Shown: positions 51,882 to 61,891 of the stretch, piece by piece | How the letters are laid out: each line of letters begins with the position of its first letter | How positions within the stretch are numbered: position 1 is the stretch's first letter | NCBI GenBank assembly: GCA_963843845.1 | Contig: CAWJMB010000002.1 | Coordinates: 3,296,001-3,360,000, forward strand | From: an uncultured Gemmatimonadaceae bacterium | GTDB taxonomy: Bacteria > Gemmatimonadota > Gemmatimonadetes > Gemmatimonadales > Gemmatimonadaceae | Length of the DNA stretch: 64,000 nt | Reading direction: 5' to 3' | The notes under the pieces: generated by a model | What the model saw: the letters and a program-made list of their open reading frames with translations, nothing else | Databases searched by the model: none | What the model was told of the DNA's origin: nothing | Program-made: the position numbers and the translations under genes

Positions 51882-53264
51882 TCAGAGCCCATACTGCGCC
51901 ATGCGCCGGTAGAGCGCGCTCCGCGACAGGCCCAACGCCTTCGCCGCGTGGCTGACGTTGCCGTTCCAGCGCGCGAGCGCCTTCTGGATGAGCACCTTCT
52001 CCACGGCTTCGAGCGTCATCTCCTCGAGCGCCGCGTTCGCGCCGCGGTCGACGTAGAGCGCGAAGTCGGCGGCGCGCACGGTGTCGCCCGCGGCCATGAG
52101 CACGGCGCGCTCGACGGCGTGGTCGAGCTCGCGCACGTTGCCCGGCCACGGGTGGGCGAGCAGCAGCTGCAGCGCGTCGCGGTCGAAGCCCTTGCCAGCG
52201 GCTTGCGGTAGCGCGCCGCGTGCATGCCGCAGGAAGTGCGCGGCGAGCAGCGGCATGTCCTCGCGACGCTCGCGCAGCGGCGGCAGGCGGATCTCGACGG
52301 TGTTCAGGCGGTAGAGCAGGTCCTCGCGGAAGCGCCCCGCGGCGACTTCGGCGCGCAGGTCCGCGTTCGTCGCGGCGATGACGCGCACGTCGATGCGGCG
52401 CGTGCGCGACGAGCCGACGCGCTCGACCTCGCCGCTCTGCAGCACGCGCAGCAGCTTCGCCTGCTGCGAGAGCGACATGTTGCCGATCTCGTCGAGGAAG
52501 AGCGTCCCCGTGTCGGCGAGCTCGAAGCGGCCGACGCGGTCGCGTCTTCGCGTCGGTGAACGCGCCCTTCACGTGGCCGAACAGCTCGCTCTCGAACACG
52601 CCTTCGGAGAGCCCGCCCATGTTCACGACGACGAGCGGCTTGCCGGCGCGCGCGCTCGACGCGTGCAGCCAGCGCGCGACGAGCTCCTTGCCCGTGCCGT
52701 GCTCGCCGGTGACGAGCACGTTCGCGTCCGACGGCCCGACGCGCTCCATGAGCCGCAGCACCGGCTGCATCGCCGCGCTCTCGGCGATCAGCTCGACCCT
52801 GGACGACGCGTCGCGGCGGAGCGCGCGGTTCTCGCTCTCGAGGCGCTGCGTGCGGCGGAGCGCGCGGCCCAGCTCGACCTGCGTGCGCAGCGTGTGGACG
52901 AGCCGCGCGTCGTCCCACGGCTTCTCGACGTAGTCGCGCGCGCCGCGGCGCATCGCCTCGACCGCGCCCTCGACGCTTCCCCACGCGGTCATGACGACCA
53001 CCGGCAGCGCGCGTCGATCGCCTGCAGGCGCGGCAGGAGGTCGAGCCCTTCGCGGCCGGAGGTCGTGTCGCGCGCGTAGTTCAGGTCCATCAGCACGACG
53101 TCGAAGTCGCGCGCCTCGGCGGCGCGCGACCAGCTGCTGCGGCGAGCGCGCGGTCTCGACGTCGAAGCCCTCGTCGGCGAGGAGCAGCTGAGCGCGTCGA
53201 GGATCGCGCTCTGGTCGTCGGCGACGAGGACGCGCGCCGGCTCGGGGGCGGAGAGGTCAGGCAC
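51882..53264 (-). CDS. sigma54-dependent response regulator (NtrC family), frameshifted
   Basis: REC (VADD, DLNY, MTAWG), [47 protein letters not shown], Fis-type HTH. Confidence 0.95.
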
Positions 53265-53297
53265 GGAGACCGAAGCTACGCGCCGCGGCGGGCGGCG

Positions 53298-55719
53298 TCA
53301 CTCGGCCCGCAGCGCGACGGTCGGGCTGACGCGTACCGCGCGACGCGCCGGCAGGTACGCCGCGACGAGCGCCGCGGTGCCCAACACGAGCGGCGTCACG
53401 ACGAGCGTGAGCCCGTCGACCGCGCCGACGCCGTAGAGCACCGACGCCATGAGCCGCCCGGCGCCCAACGCGAGCGCGATGCCGACCGCGAGGCCCACGA
53501 TCACCGGACGCCCCGTCTCCTGCATCATCGTCCGCACGAGCTTCACCGGCGCCGCGCCGAGCGCCGCGCGCACGCCGATCTCCCGCGTGCGCCGCGCCAC
53601 GGCGAACGCGACGACGCCGTAGATCCCGACCGCGGCGAGCAGCAGCGCGACCACGCCGACCACCGCCGTCACGCCAGCGCCGATCCGCGCCGGCAGCAGC
53701 GAGACCGCCATGTCGTCGGTCACGTCGGCGACGGCCGGCGGCGGGAGCAGCGGATCGAGGCGCGTGACGAGCGCGCGCACCGATCGGCGCAGCGCGACCG
53801 CCGTCGCCCCGTCCGCCGCGCGCACATGCAGCACCATGCTGGCGCGTGGCTGCTGGCCGTGCGGGAGGTAGAGAAACGGCGGCGTGTCTTCGCCGACCGA
53901 GTTGTACTTCGCATCGCGCACGACACCGACGACCGTGCGCCACGGGCCGTCCGGCCCGTCGACGCTGACGCGCTGGCCGAGTGCGGATCGATCCGGCCAG
54001 AATCGGCGCGCCGCGGTCTCGTTCAGCACCACCGTCCCCGCGGCGCCGGCGCGGTCGTCCTCGGTGAGCACGCCGCGGCCGCGAACGACCGGGATGCCCA
54101 GCGTCGTGAAGTAGTCGGCGCCGACGACGTTGAAGTACGTCGCGCGCCGCTCGCCCTGCGCCGACCACGCCGGTCGGCGCGACATACACGCCCGTCTCCA
54201 TGTTCGAGCCGCCGAGCGGTACGAGCGCGGCGACCGACGCGGCGCGCACGCCCGGCAGCGCGCGGGCCTCGGTGACCAGTCGGCGAAAGAACGCGAGCTG
54301 CGCCGCCTCGTCGAGCTGCCGCGGCTGCACGTCGATGGCGACGTCGAGCAGCCCGCGCGTGTCGAAGCCGGGATCCATGCGCCGCGAGTTCACGAGGCTG
54401 TGCGTGAGCAGCGACGCGACCGCGAGGCAGAGCGCGCAGAGCGCCACCTGCGCCCCGACGAGCGTCGAGCGGAGCCGCGACCGCACGCCGACGGCGCCGC
54501 CGCTCCCGCCCTTCATCGCCGCCATCACGCCGCTCCGCGACGAGCGGAGCGCCGGCACGAGCCCGAACAGCAGCGCGGTGCCGAGGCTGAGCAGCAGCGT
54601 GAACGCCACGACGCGCCCGTCCGGCGTGAAGTCGACGATCACCGCCTCGGGCGCGCTCGCGACGAGTCGGTCGCCGGCGACGCGGACCGCCCACGCGGCG
54701 CCGGCGAGCCCGAGCGCGCCGCCGATCGCCGCGAGTACCAGACTCTCGATCAACAGCTGCCGCACGAGCCGCCCGCGGCTCGCCCCCAACGCGAGCCGCA
54801 CCGAGATCTCGCGGCCGCGCGTCGTCGCCCGCGCGAGCAGCAGATTCGCGACGTTCGCGCAGGCGATGAGCAGCACGAGCCCGACGACGCCGAACAACGC
54901 CGCCGTCCCCCCCGCCACCGACGTGCGCAGCTCGGCGTTCACGCCGCGCACGTGGTCGGTGCGGAGCGTGAAGTCGCCGGCCGAGTAGCGCGCCGTGTCG
55001 CCCGCGGCGATGCGTCGCGCGACGGTGCCTAACGCCGCGTCGGCACGGTCGCGGTCGACGCCGTCCCGCAGCCGCGCCGTCGTGTACAGACTGCCGCCCC
55101 ACCGACTCGCGGGCTGCCCGGTGAGCGGGCGCGACGCGGCGCTCGCGAAGAACACGTCGGGGCGCCACGGCGTCACCGAGCTCGTGAACGACGGCTCGGT
55201 CACGCCGACGATCGTGAACGGCTGGCCGTTGACGCGCAGCACCCGCCCGACGACGTTCGGCACCCCGCCGAGTCGCTGCTGCCAGTAGTGGTGACTGACG
55301 ACGACCTGGAGCGCCGCGTCGCCGACGGAATCCGCGGCGGCGAACAGACGACCGGCCGTCGCGCGCACGCCCAGCGCGGCGAAGTAGTTCCCGGCGACGA
55401 TCGACCCGCTCAGCGTCTGGGGCTCGGCCGCGTCGGTGCGCGCGAGGGGTACGATCCGCTCGCCGATCACGTCCGTGAAGACGGATCGCGTGTCCGACGC
55501 GATCCGGGTCAGCTCGCCGTACGTGAGCGGGCCGTGGTGATTGCGGTAGACGCGCACGAGGGCGCCGTCGCCACGCAGCGGCCGCAGCAGCAGCGCGTTC
55601 GCGACGCTGAAGACCGCGCTGTTCGCCCCGATGCCGAAGGCGAGCGAGAAGATCGCGACGAGTGCGAACCCGGGCGCGGCGCGGAGCTGGCGGAGTGCGT
55701 GGCGGAGGTCGGCGAGCAT
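53298..55719 (-). CDS. ADOP-type duplicated ABC permease, frameshift near 54170
   Basis: DLRHALRQLRAAPGF, IACANVANLLLARA..REISVRLALGA, RTREIGVRAALGA, PARRA. Confidence 0.92.
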
Positions 55720-55741
55720 GGGCGTCTCCGGAGCGGGTGCG

Positions 55742-58240
55742 TCAGTCGGCGCGCAGCGCGTCCGCCGGGTCGACGCGGGCGGCGCGGCGCGCGGGGAGCC
55801 AGCAGGCGAGCAGCGCCGTCAGCGCGAGCACGAGCGCGACGGCACCGAGCGTCGGCACGTCGATCGGGCGCACGCCGTACAGCCGGCTCTGGAGGAGCCG
55901 CGCGACGCCGACGGCCGCCGCGATCCCGACGACGGCGCCGGCCGCCGTCAGGCGCAGCCCCTGGCGGAGCACGAGCGCCGCGATGTCGCGCGCCCGGGCG
56001 CCCAGCGCGACGCGCAGCCCGAACTCGCCCGCGCGCTGCGCCACGGCGTACGCGACGACGCCGTAGAGCCCGACCGCGGCGAGCAGCAGCGCGAGCGCGC
56101 CGAACACGCTGAACGCCGCGGCGCTCACGCGGTACGGCAGCAGCATCGACCCGATCATCCGCTCGCCGAGCGGCTCGACGGTCGCGAACGTCAGGCGCGG
56201 GTCCTCCGACGTCACGGCGGCGCGCACGGCGATCGTCGTCGCGCGCCGCTCGGCGGGCGACGTGCCGGGGCGGAGCTGCACGAGGAGCTGCGTCGGGCCG
56301 GACGTCTGGCGCGCGAGCGGCGTGTAGAACAGCGGCGCGAGCTCGTCGGTCAGCGAGAGGAAGCGCGCGTCGCGCGCGACGCCGACGACGGTGACGCACG
56401 GCGCGTCGTCGCCGAACTGCGTGTGGACGCACTTGCCGACCGGCTCCTCGCCGGGCCAGACGCGCCGCGCGAACGTCTCGTTCACGACGACGGCGCCCGC
56501 CCCCGCGGCGTCGCGCGCCTCGAACGCGCGGCCGCGGACGATCGGGATGCCGATCGCGCCGAAGTACGCCGTGTCGACGGCGTTCGTGAAGAACATCCCG
56601 CCGGGCACGCCCGAGATCGCGCTCAGGTCGGCGCGCCCCGGCACGCGCAGCGTCGACATCGACACGCCGTCGAACGGCGCGAACGTCGCGCTCGCCGCGC
56701 CGCGCACGGCGGGGAGCGCGCGCACGCGCGCCGACGCCCGCTCGACGATGCCGCTCGCCTCGCGCCCCGTGATGCCGAACGCCTCCCAGTCCGCGGAGGC
56801 GACGAGCGTGCGCTCGCGCGGGAAGCCGACGTCGACCCCCTGCGCGTTGCGCAGGCTCCGCACGAACAGCCCGCCGACGCCGAGCAGAGCGAGCGACGCC
56901 GCGAACTGCACGGCGAGCAGCGCCGTCCGCACCGGCGCCGCGCGCGCCGTGCCGCGCACGCCCGCGCGCAGCAGCTCGCCCGCGTCGCTCCGCGCCGCGT
57001 GCACGGCCGGGACGAGCGCGAAGCCGAGCGTCGTGAGCAGCGTGACCGCGGCGGCGAAGGCGAGCGCGCGGCCGTCGACGAACCGCTCGACCGGCGGCAT
57101 GTCGGGGACGAGGCGCAGCAGCCGCGTGCCGACGATCGCGACGCCGACGCCGAGCGCGCCGCCTGACGCCGCGAGCGCGAGCCCCTCGGCGAGCAGCTGC
57201 CGCACGAGGCGCCCGCGGTGCGCGCCTAACGCCACGCGCGTCGCCATCTCGCGGCGGCGGCGCTCGGCGCGGGCGACGAGCAGGTTCGCGACGTTCGCGC
57301 AGACGACGAGCAGCACGGCTGCGGTCGCGCCGATCAGCCAGGGCGGCAGCGGGCTCGTGCCCTCGGACGCGCGACGCCCGAAGCCGTCGTGCAGCGGCGT
57401 CGCCCGGACGGAGCGCGGCCGCCGCGCGTCGAAGCCGACGGCGGGCCCGCCGTTCGCCGCGTCGGCCGCGCGCAGCACGGTCGTGCCGACCGACTCGGCG
57501 GCGCGGCTCGTCGACGCCGGGCGCGAGCCGCACGACGGCCTGCAGCCACTTCTCGTCGGCGTCGCACGTAGTCGGCCTGGTAGCCGATCGTGGCGGCCAT
57601 GCCGAGCGGGAGGAACAGGTCGGCCGCCGCTCGAGCCGCACGCCGCCGAAGCCGGGCGGCGCGATCCCGACGACGGTGACGGCGCGGCCGTTGAGCCGGA
57701 TCGTGCGCCCGACGGCGGCCGGGTCGGCGCCGAGCGTGTGCCGCCAGAAGCGGTCGCGTGACGACGGCGACCGGCGCCGCGCCGAACGCGTCGTACTCCT
57801 CGGCGCGTGAACGCGCGGCCGCGCGCCGGGCGCACGCCGAGCGTCTCGAAGTAGCCCGCGCCGACGAGCGTCACGGCGAGCTTCCGCGGCTCGCCCGCCG
57901 GCGTCGCGCCGGCCGAGTCGGTGAGCGACGCGCCGCCGCCGGCGTAGGCGCCGAGCGCGGCGAACGTGCCGCGGCGGGCGCGCAGCGCGGCGACGTCGGC
58001 GAGCCCGTATCCCTCGTTGAAGAACACCTGCTGCCCCGGCGTCGGCGGCATCGCCACGGTGAGCCGCCGCACCTCGCCGGGCGCGCGCACGCCGGCCGGG
58101 TCGCGGAAGAACAGCGCGTCGAGCGCGCCGAACGCCGCGACGTTGATCCCGATGCCGAGCGCGAGCACGACCGCGACGACGGCGGTGAAGCCGGGCGTGA
58201 GGCGGAGCTGGCGGATCGCGGGGCGGAGGTCGGTCCACAT
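55742..58240 (-). CDS. ADOP-type duplicated ABC permease with compensating frameshifts at about 57510-57800
   Basis: LRLTPGFT, VCANVANLL.AR..RRREMATRVALGA, EFGLRVALGA, PARRAARVDP. Confidence 0.92.
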   Translation of the reverse strand: MWTDLRPAIRQLRLTPGFTAVVAVVLALGIGINVAAFGALDALFFRDPAGVRAPGEVRRLTVAMPPTPGQQVFFNEGYGLADVAALRARRGTFAALGAYAGGGASLTDSAGATPAGEPRKLAVTLVGAGYFETLGVRPARGRAFTRRGVRRVRRGAGRRRHATASGGTRSAPTRPPSGARSGSTAAPSPSSGSRRPASAACGSSGGRPVPPARHGRHDRLPGRLRATPTRSGCRPSCGSRPASTSRAAESVGTTVLRAADAANGGPAVGFDARRPRSVRATPLHDGFGRRASEGTSPLPPWLIGATAAVLLVVCANVANLLVARAERRRREMATRVALGAHRGRLVRQLLAEGLALAASGGALGVGVAIVGTRLLRLVPDMPPVERFVDGRALAFAAAVTLLTTLGFALVPAVHAARSDAGELLRAGVRGTARAAPVRTALLAVQFAASLALLGVGGLFVRSLRNAQGVDVGFPRERTLVASADWEAFGITGREASGIVERASARVRALPAVRGAASATFAPFDGVSMSTLRVPGRADLSAISGVPGGMFFTNAVDTAYFGAIGIPIVRGRAFEARDAAGAGAVVVNETFARRVWPGEEPVGKCVHTQFGDDAPCVTVVGVARDARFLSLTDELAPLFYTPLARQTSGPTQLLVQLRPGTSPAERRATTIAVRAAVTSEDPRLTFATVEPLGERMIGSMLLPYRVSAAAFSVFGALALLLAAVGLYGVVAYAVAQRAGEFGLRVALGARARDIAALVLRQGLRLTAAGAVVGIAAAVGVARLLQSRLYGVRPIDVPTLGAVALVLALTALLACWLPARRAARVDPADALRAD

Positions 58241-58255
58241 GGGGGCGGGCGGGTG

Positions 58256-59014
58256 TCAGGTGATCGGCGTCTGCGCGTCGTCGCTCACGACCCACCCGTC
58301 CTTGAGCTGCACGACGCGCCCGCCGTAGCGTGCGTTCTCCTCGGAGTGCGTCACCTGCACGATCGTCGTTCCCTGCGCGTTCAGCCGCGCGAACAGCTCC
58401 ATGATCTCGCGCGCCTGCGCCGAGTGGAGGTTGCCGGTCGGCTCGTCGGCGAGGAGGAGCGTCGGCTTCGCGATGACGGCGCGCGCGATGCCGACGAGCT
58501 GCTGCTGGCCGCCGGAGAGCTGGCGCGGGAAGAGGTCCTTCTTGCCGACCATGCCGAAGCGGTCGAGCGCGTCGGCGACGAGCGCCTGCCGCTCGCTCTT
58601 CTTCACGCCGCGATAGTCGAGCGGCACGTCGAGGTTCTCGGCGACGGTCAGGTCGTCGAGGAGGTGGTACTGCTGGAAGACGAAGCCGACGTGGCGCCTG
58701 CCCAACGCGGTGCGGTCCTTCGGCGCCATGCGGTGCACGGCGTGGCCGGCGAGCTCGAAGCTGCCCGCCCACGAATGATCGAGCACGCCGAGGATGGCGA
58801 GCAGCGTCGACTTCCCGGCGCCCGACGGCCCCATGATCGTGACGAACTCTCCGGCGCGCACCTCGAGGTTGACGCGACGCAACACGTAGCTCTTCCCGCC
58901 GGCCAGGTCGTAGCTCTTCTCGAGGTCGCGCAGCGCGATGAGCGGCGCGCCGGGCGGCAGTTCCAGCGGCGTGGCGGAGGGGGCGGGGGCGGGGGCGGAT
59001 CCGAAGAGCGGCAT
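58256..59014 (-). CDS. ABC ATP-binding protein (LolD/MacB type)
   Basis: [39 protein letters not shown]. Confidence 0.95.
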   Translation of the reverse strand: MPLFGSAPAPAPSATPLELPPGAPLIALRDLEKSYDLAGGKSYVLRRVNLEVRAGEFVTIMGPSGAGKSTLLAILGVLDHSWAGSFELAGHAVHRMAPKDRTALGRRHVGFVFQQYHLLDDLTVAENLDVPLDYRGVKKSERQALVADALDRFGMVGKKDLFPRQLSGGQQQLVGIARAVIAKPTLLLADEPTGNLHSAQAREIMELFARLNAQGTTIVQVTHSEENARYGGRVVQLKDGWVVSDDAQTPIT

Positions 59015-59052
59015 GACGGCGAGGTCGGAGAGAAGCGCGGGTCGATCCCAAG

Positions 59053-59176
59053 GGAAGCGACGTGCCACGGGCACGTCTCGTCAAGATGCGCCCTGCCAAC
59101 GACTTACGATACGCGTCCGGGCGCGCGGCGCGGCGCGTTGTCCGGCGGTGGGATTTCGCCGTCCCACGAGCGGACA
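59053..59176 (-). promoter_or_regulatory. Putative sigma54 promoter with IHF-like site and paired upstream activator sites
   Basis: TGGCAC-GTCGC-TTCC (minus strand, 59053-59067); CAA-N4-TTA near 59098-59106; inverted pair tgtccggcggtgggat / gtcccacgagcggaca (59139-59176). Confidence 0.7.
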
Positions 59177-59266
59177 GTGCGCGCGTTCGTTCGACACGAC
59201 AGCAGGTCGCGCTCGGCTCGAGCGTGCTACGGCGAGCAGGTCCGCGATCGGCCGTGACGATCGCTC

Positions 59267-61707
59267 TCACTCCGCGCGCATCGCGATCGTCGGGTCGATC
59301 CGCGCCGCGCGGCGCGCCGGAACGTACCCCGCGAGCACCGCCGCCCCGGCGAGCAGCACCGTCACGCCGGCGAGCACCGTCGGGTCGAGCGGATCGGTGC
59401 CGAACAGCAGCCCGCGCAGCACGCGCGTCGCCGCCACGCTCCCTGCGAGGCCGAGCGCCGCGCCGACGAGCGCGAGCCGCGCGACCTGGTTGCCGAACAG
59501 CGCGATCACGTCGCGCGCCGAGGCGCCTAACGCGACGCGGATACCGACCTCGCGCGTGCGGCGCGCCGCGGTGTAGGCGACGACCCCGTAGACGCCGATC
59601 GCCGCGATGAGCACCGCGAACAGCGCGAGCCCTCCGAACGTCGCGGCGATGACGCGGTAGGCGCGGAAGCGCTCTCGCACGTCGTCGGTCGCGGTCCGCA
59701 CGTGGTCGAGCGGCTCGTCGGCGAGCGCCGGCGCGGCGACGGCGGCGAGCGTCGGCACGAGAGCGCGCGCCGCGTCGGCCGTCCGCGCGCGGACGGCGAT
59801 GCTCACCGGCCGGCCCGGCCACTGCGCGAACGGCACCCACACCCGACTCGCCGTCGCCGCGCCGTCGGCCGCGCCGCCGGCGCGTCGGCGACGACGCCGA
59901 CGACCGTCACCCACGGCCGAGTCGGGCCTCCGAGCCGGACACGCCTGCCTACCGCATTCTCCCCCGGCCACAGCCGCTGCGCCATCGCCGAGTCGATCAT
60001 CGCGACCGGCACCGCTCCAGCGTCATCGCCCGCGGCGAGATCGCGGCCGGCCGTCAGGCGAAGCCCGCTCGCTCCACGCCACCCTGGCGTCACGGCGAAC
60101 GCGAACCGCGGCGACGCGCCGCCCGGCACCGCGCTCCGCCCTTCGACGGCGATCGTCTGCGGCGTCGCACCGAAGCCGGCGATGAAGTGCGCGTGGTCGA
60201 GCGACACCGCGTCGACGTTCGGCAGGCGGGCGAGGCGGGCGACGACGTCGGTTCGCAACGGGCACGATCTGCGACGAGTCGTCCCACCGCGCGTCGAGGA
60301 AGGGCAGGTCGGCGAGCACCGTGCGCCGCGCCATCGCGGCGTCGTCCGGCCGCGCGACGCGCCGCACCGTCTTCGCGAGCAGCCCGGCGCCCGAGAGCAG
60401 CACGAGCGTCAGCGCCAGCTCGCCGACGACGAGCGCCGCGCGGAGGCGCCCCTGCCGCCGGTCCGCGCCGACCGTCGGCCCCGTCGCCTTGAGCGACGAC
60501 TGCAAGTCCGGGCGCGACGCGCGCCAGACGACGATCGCGCCGACCACCGCGACGCTGAGCGTCGCGGTGAGTGCACAGAAGGCGACGACGCGCGCGTCGG
60601 TGCGCAGTTCGATCCAGTACGGAATCTCCCTGTCGTGCGACGCGTGGCCTCGGCGATCGCGCCGCGCGCGGCGAAGCAGGCCGGCGGCCGCCCCGGCCGC
60701 GACGAGCACGACGATCTCGCCGACGACGTGGCGCGCGAGCCGACCCCGGCCGGCGCCCAACGCGGCGCGCACCGCCAGCTCGCGCCACCGCGCCGCGGCG
60801 CGCGCCAGCAGCAGTCCGGCGAGGTTCGCGCAGACGACGAGCTGCACGAGGAGCACGGCGCCGAAGATCGCCCAGCCGAAGATCGCTTCGTCGCCCGCGA
60901 TGTCCGACCGCAACGGCGTCGCCGCGGCCGTCCACTCGGCCTGCGTCGCCGGATACGCGCGCTCCCACCCGCCGCGCGAGCGCCGCGACCTCCGCCGTCG
61001 CCGCGTCGACCGTGACGCCCGGCCGCAGCCGTCCGATGACGCCGAGGTCCGCGCGCGTCGCGGTCGCTCGCGGGCGGCGCACTCGCGAGCGGCACCCACA
61101 CCTCCGCCATCTCGGGAAAGCGGAAGCGCGGCGCGAGCACGCCGACGATCGTGTGCGCGACGCCGTTCACCGGAATCGCGCGCCCCACGATCGACGAGTC
61201 GCCCCCGAAGCGCCGCCGCCACAACGCGTGGCCGAGCACGACGACGCGCTCGGCGCCCGCTCGGTCGTCGGCGGCGACGAGCGCACGGCCCACCACCGGG
61301 CGGGCCCCGACGAGTGCCAGCGTCGCGCCCGACACCGTCGCGCCCCGCACCCGCTCGGCGTAGCTGCGAGCCGCGGAGGAGCCGCCGTCGCTCCGGCCCA
61401 GCACGACCGGCTCCTCGAGGTACGCCCCGACCGCGTCGACCGTCCGCAGCGAGCGCTGCCAGTCGAGGAACCCCTCGTACGACGTGCCGACGCCGCACCC
61501 CGCGCAGAGCTTCGTCGCGCTCGTCTCGTGCAGATCGACGAGCCGCGCCGCGTCGGGGAACGGCAGCGGGCGCAGCACGATCGCGTCGAGGATGCTGAAG
61601 GCGACGGTGTTCGCGCCGATGCCTAACGCGAGGCAGAGGAATGTCGCGGCGGCGAAGCCGGGCGTGCGACGGAGAGAGCGGATGGCGAGGCGGAGGTCCG
61701 TCAGCAT
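59267..61707 (-). CDS. ADOP-type duplicated ABC permease, frameshifted
   Basis: DLRLAIRSLRRTPGF, VCANLAGLLLARA..RELAVRAALGA, RTREVGIRVALGA, PARRAARIDP. Confidence 0.9.
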
Positions 61708-61891
61708 GATGCGCTTCGGTGTACGGGCTCGTTCACGGCGGAGGCGGTGCGGCGCGTTCGATCCGGCGTGGGATTCGGCAGTGTGGGCACGGCATGGCCT
61801 GGCGCTCGGCTCTGCGTACCGCAGTGCCGCTTTCGCGGTGTACGGGCAGCGCCGCCGGATCGCCTCCGCAGTCGACCGCCACCGCAGGAAC

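Noticed and set aside
122..59840. Very long Arg/Ala/Pro-rich ORFs, e.g. 55509-59840, 48687-51617, 122-2659
   Set aside because: They are shadow frames of GC-rich genes, or chimeras created by frameshifts. Real motifs occupy only short parts of them.
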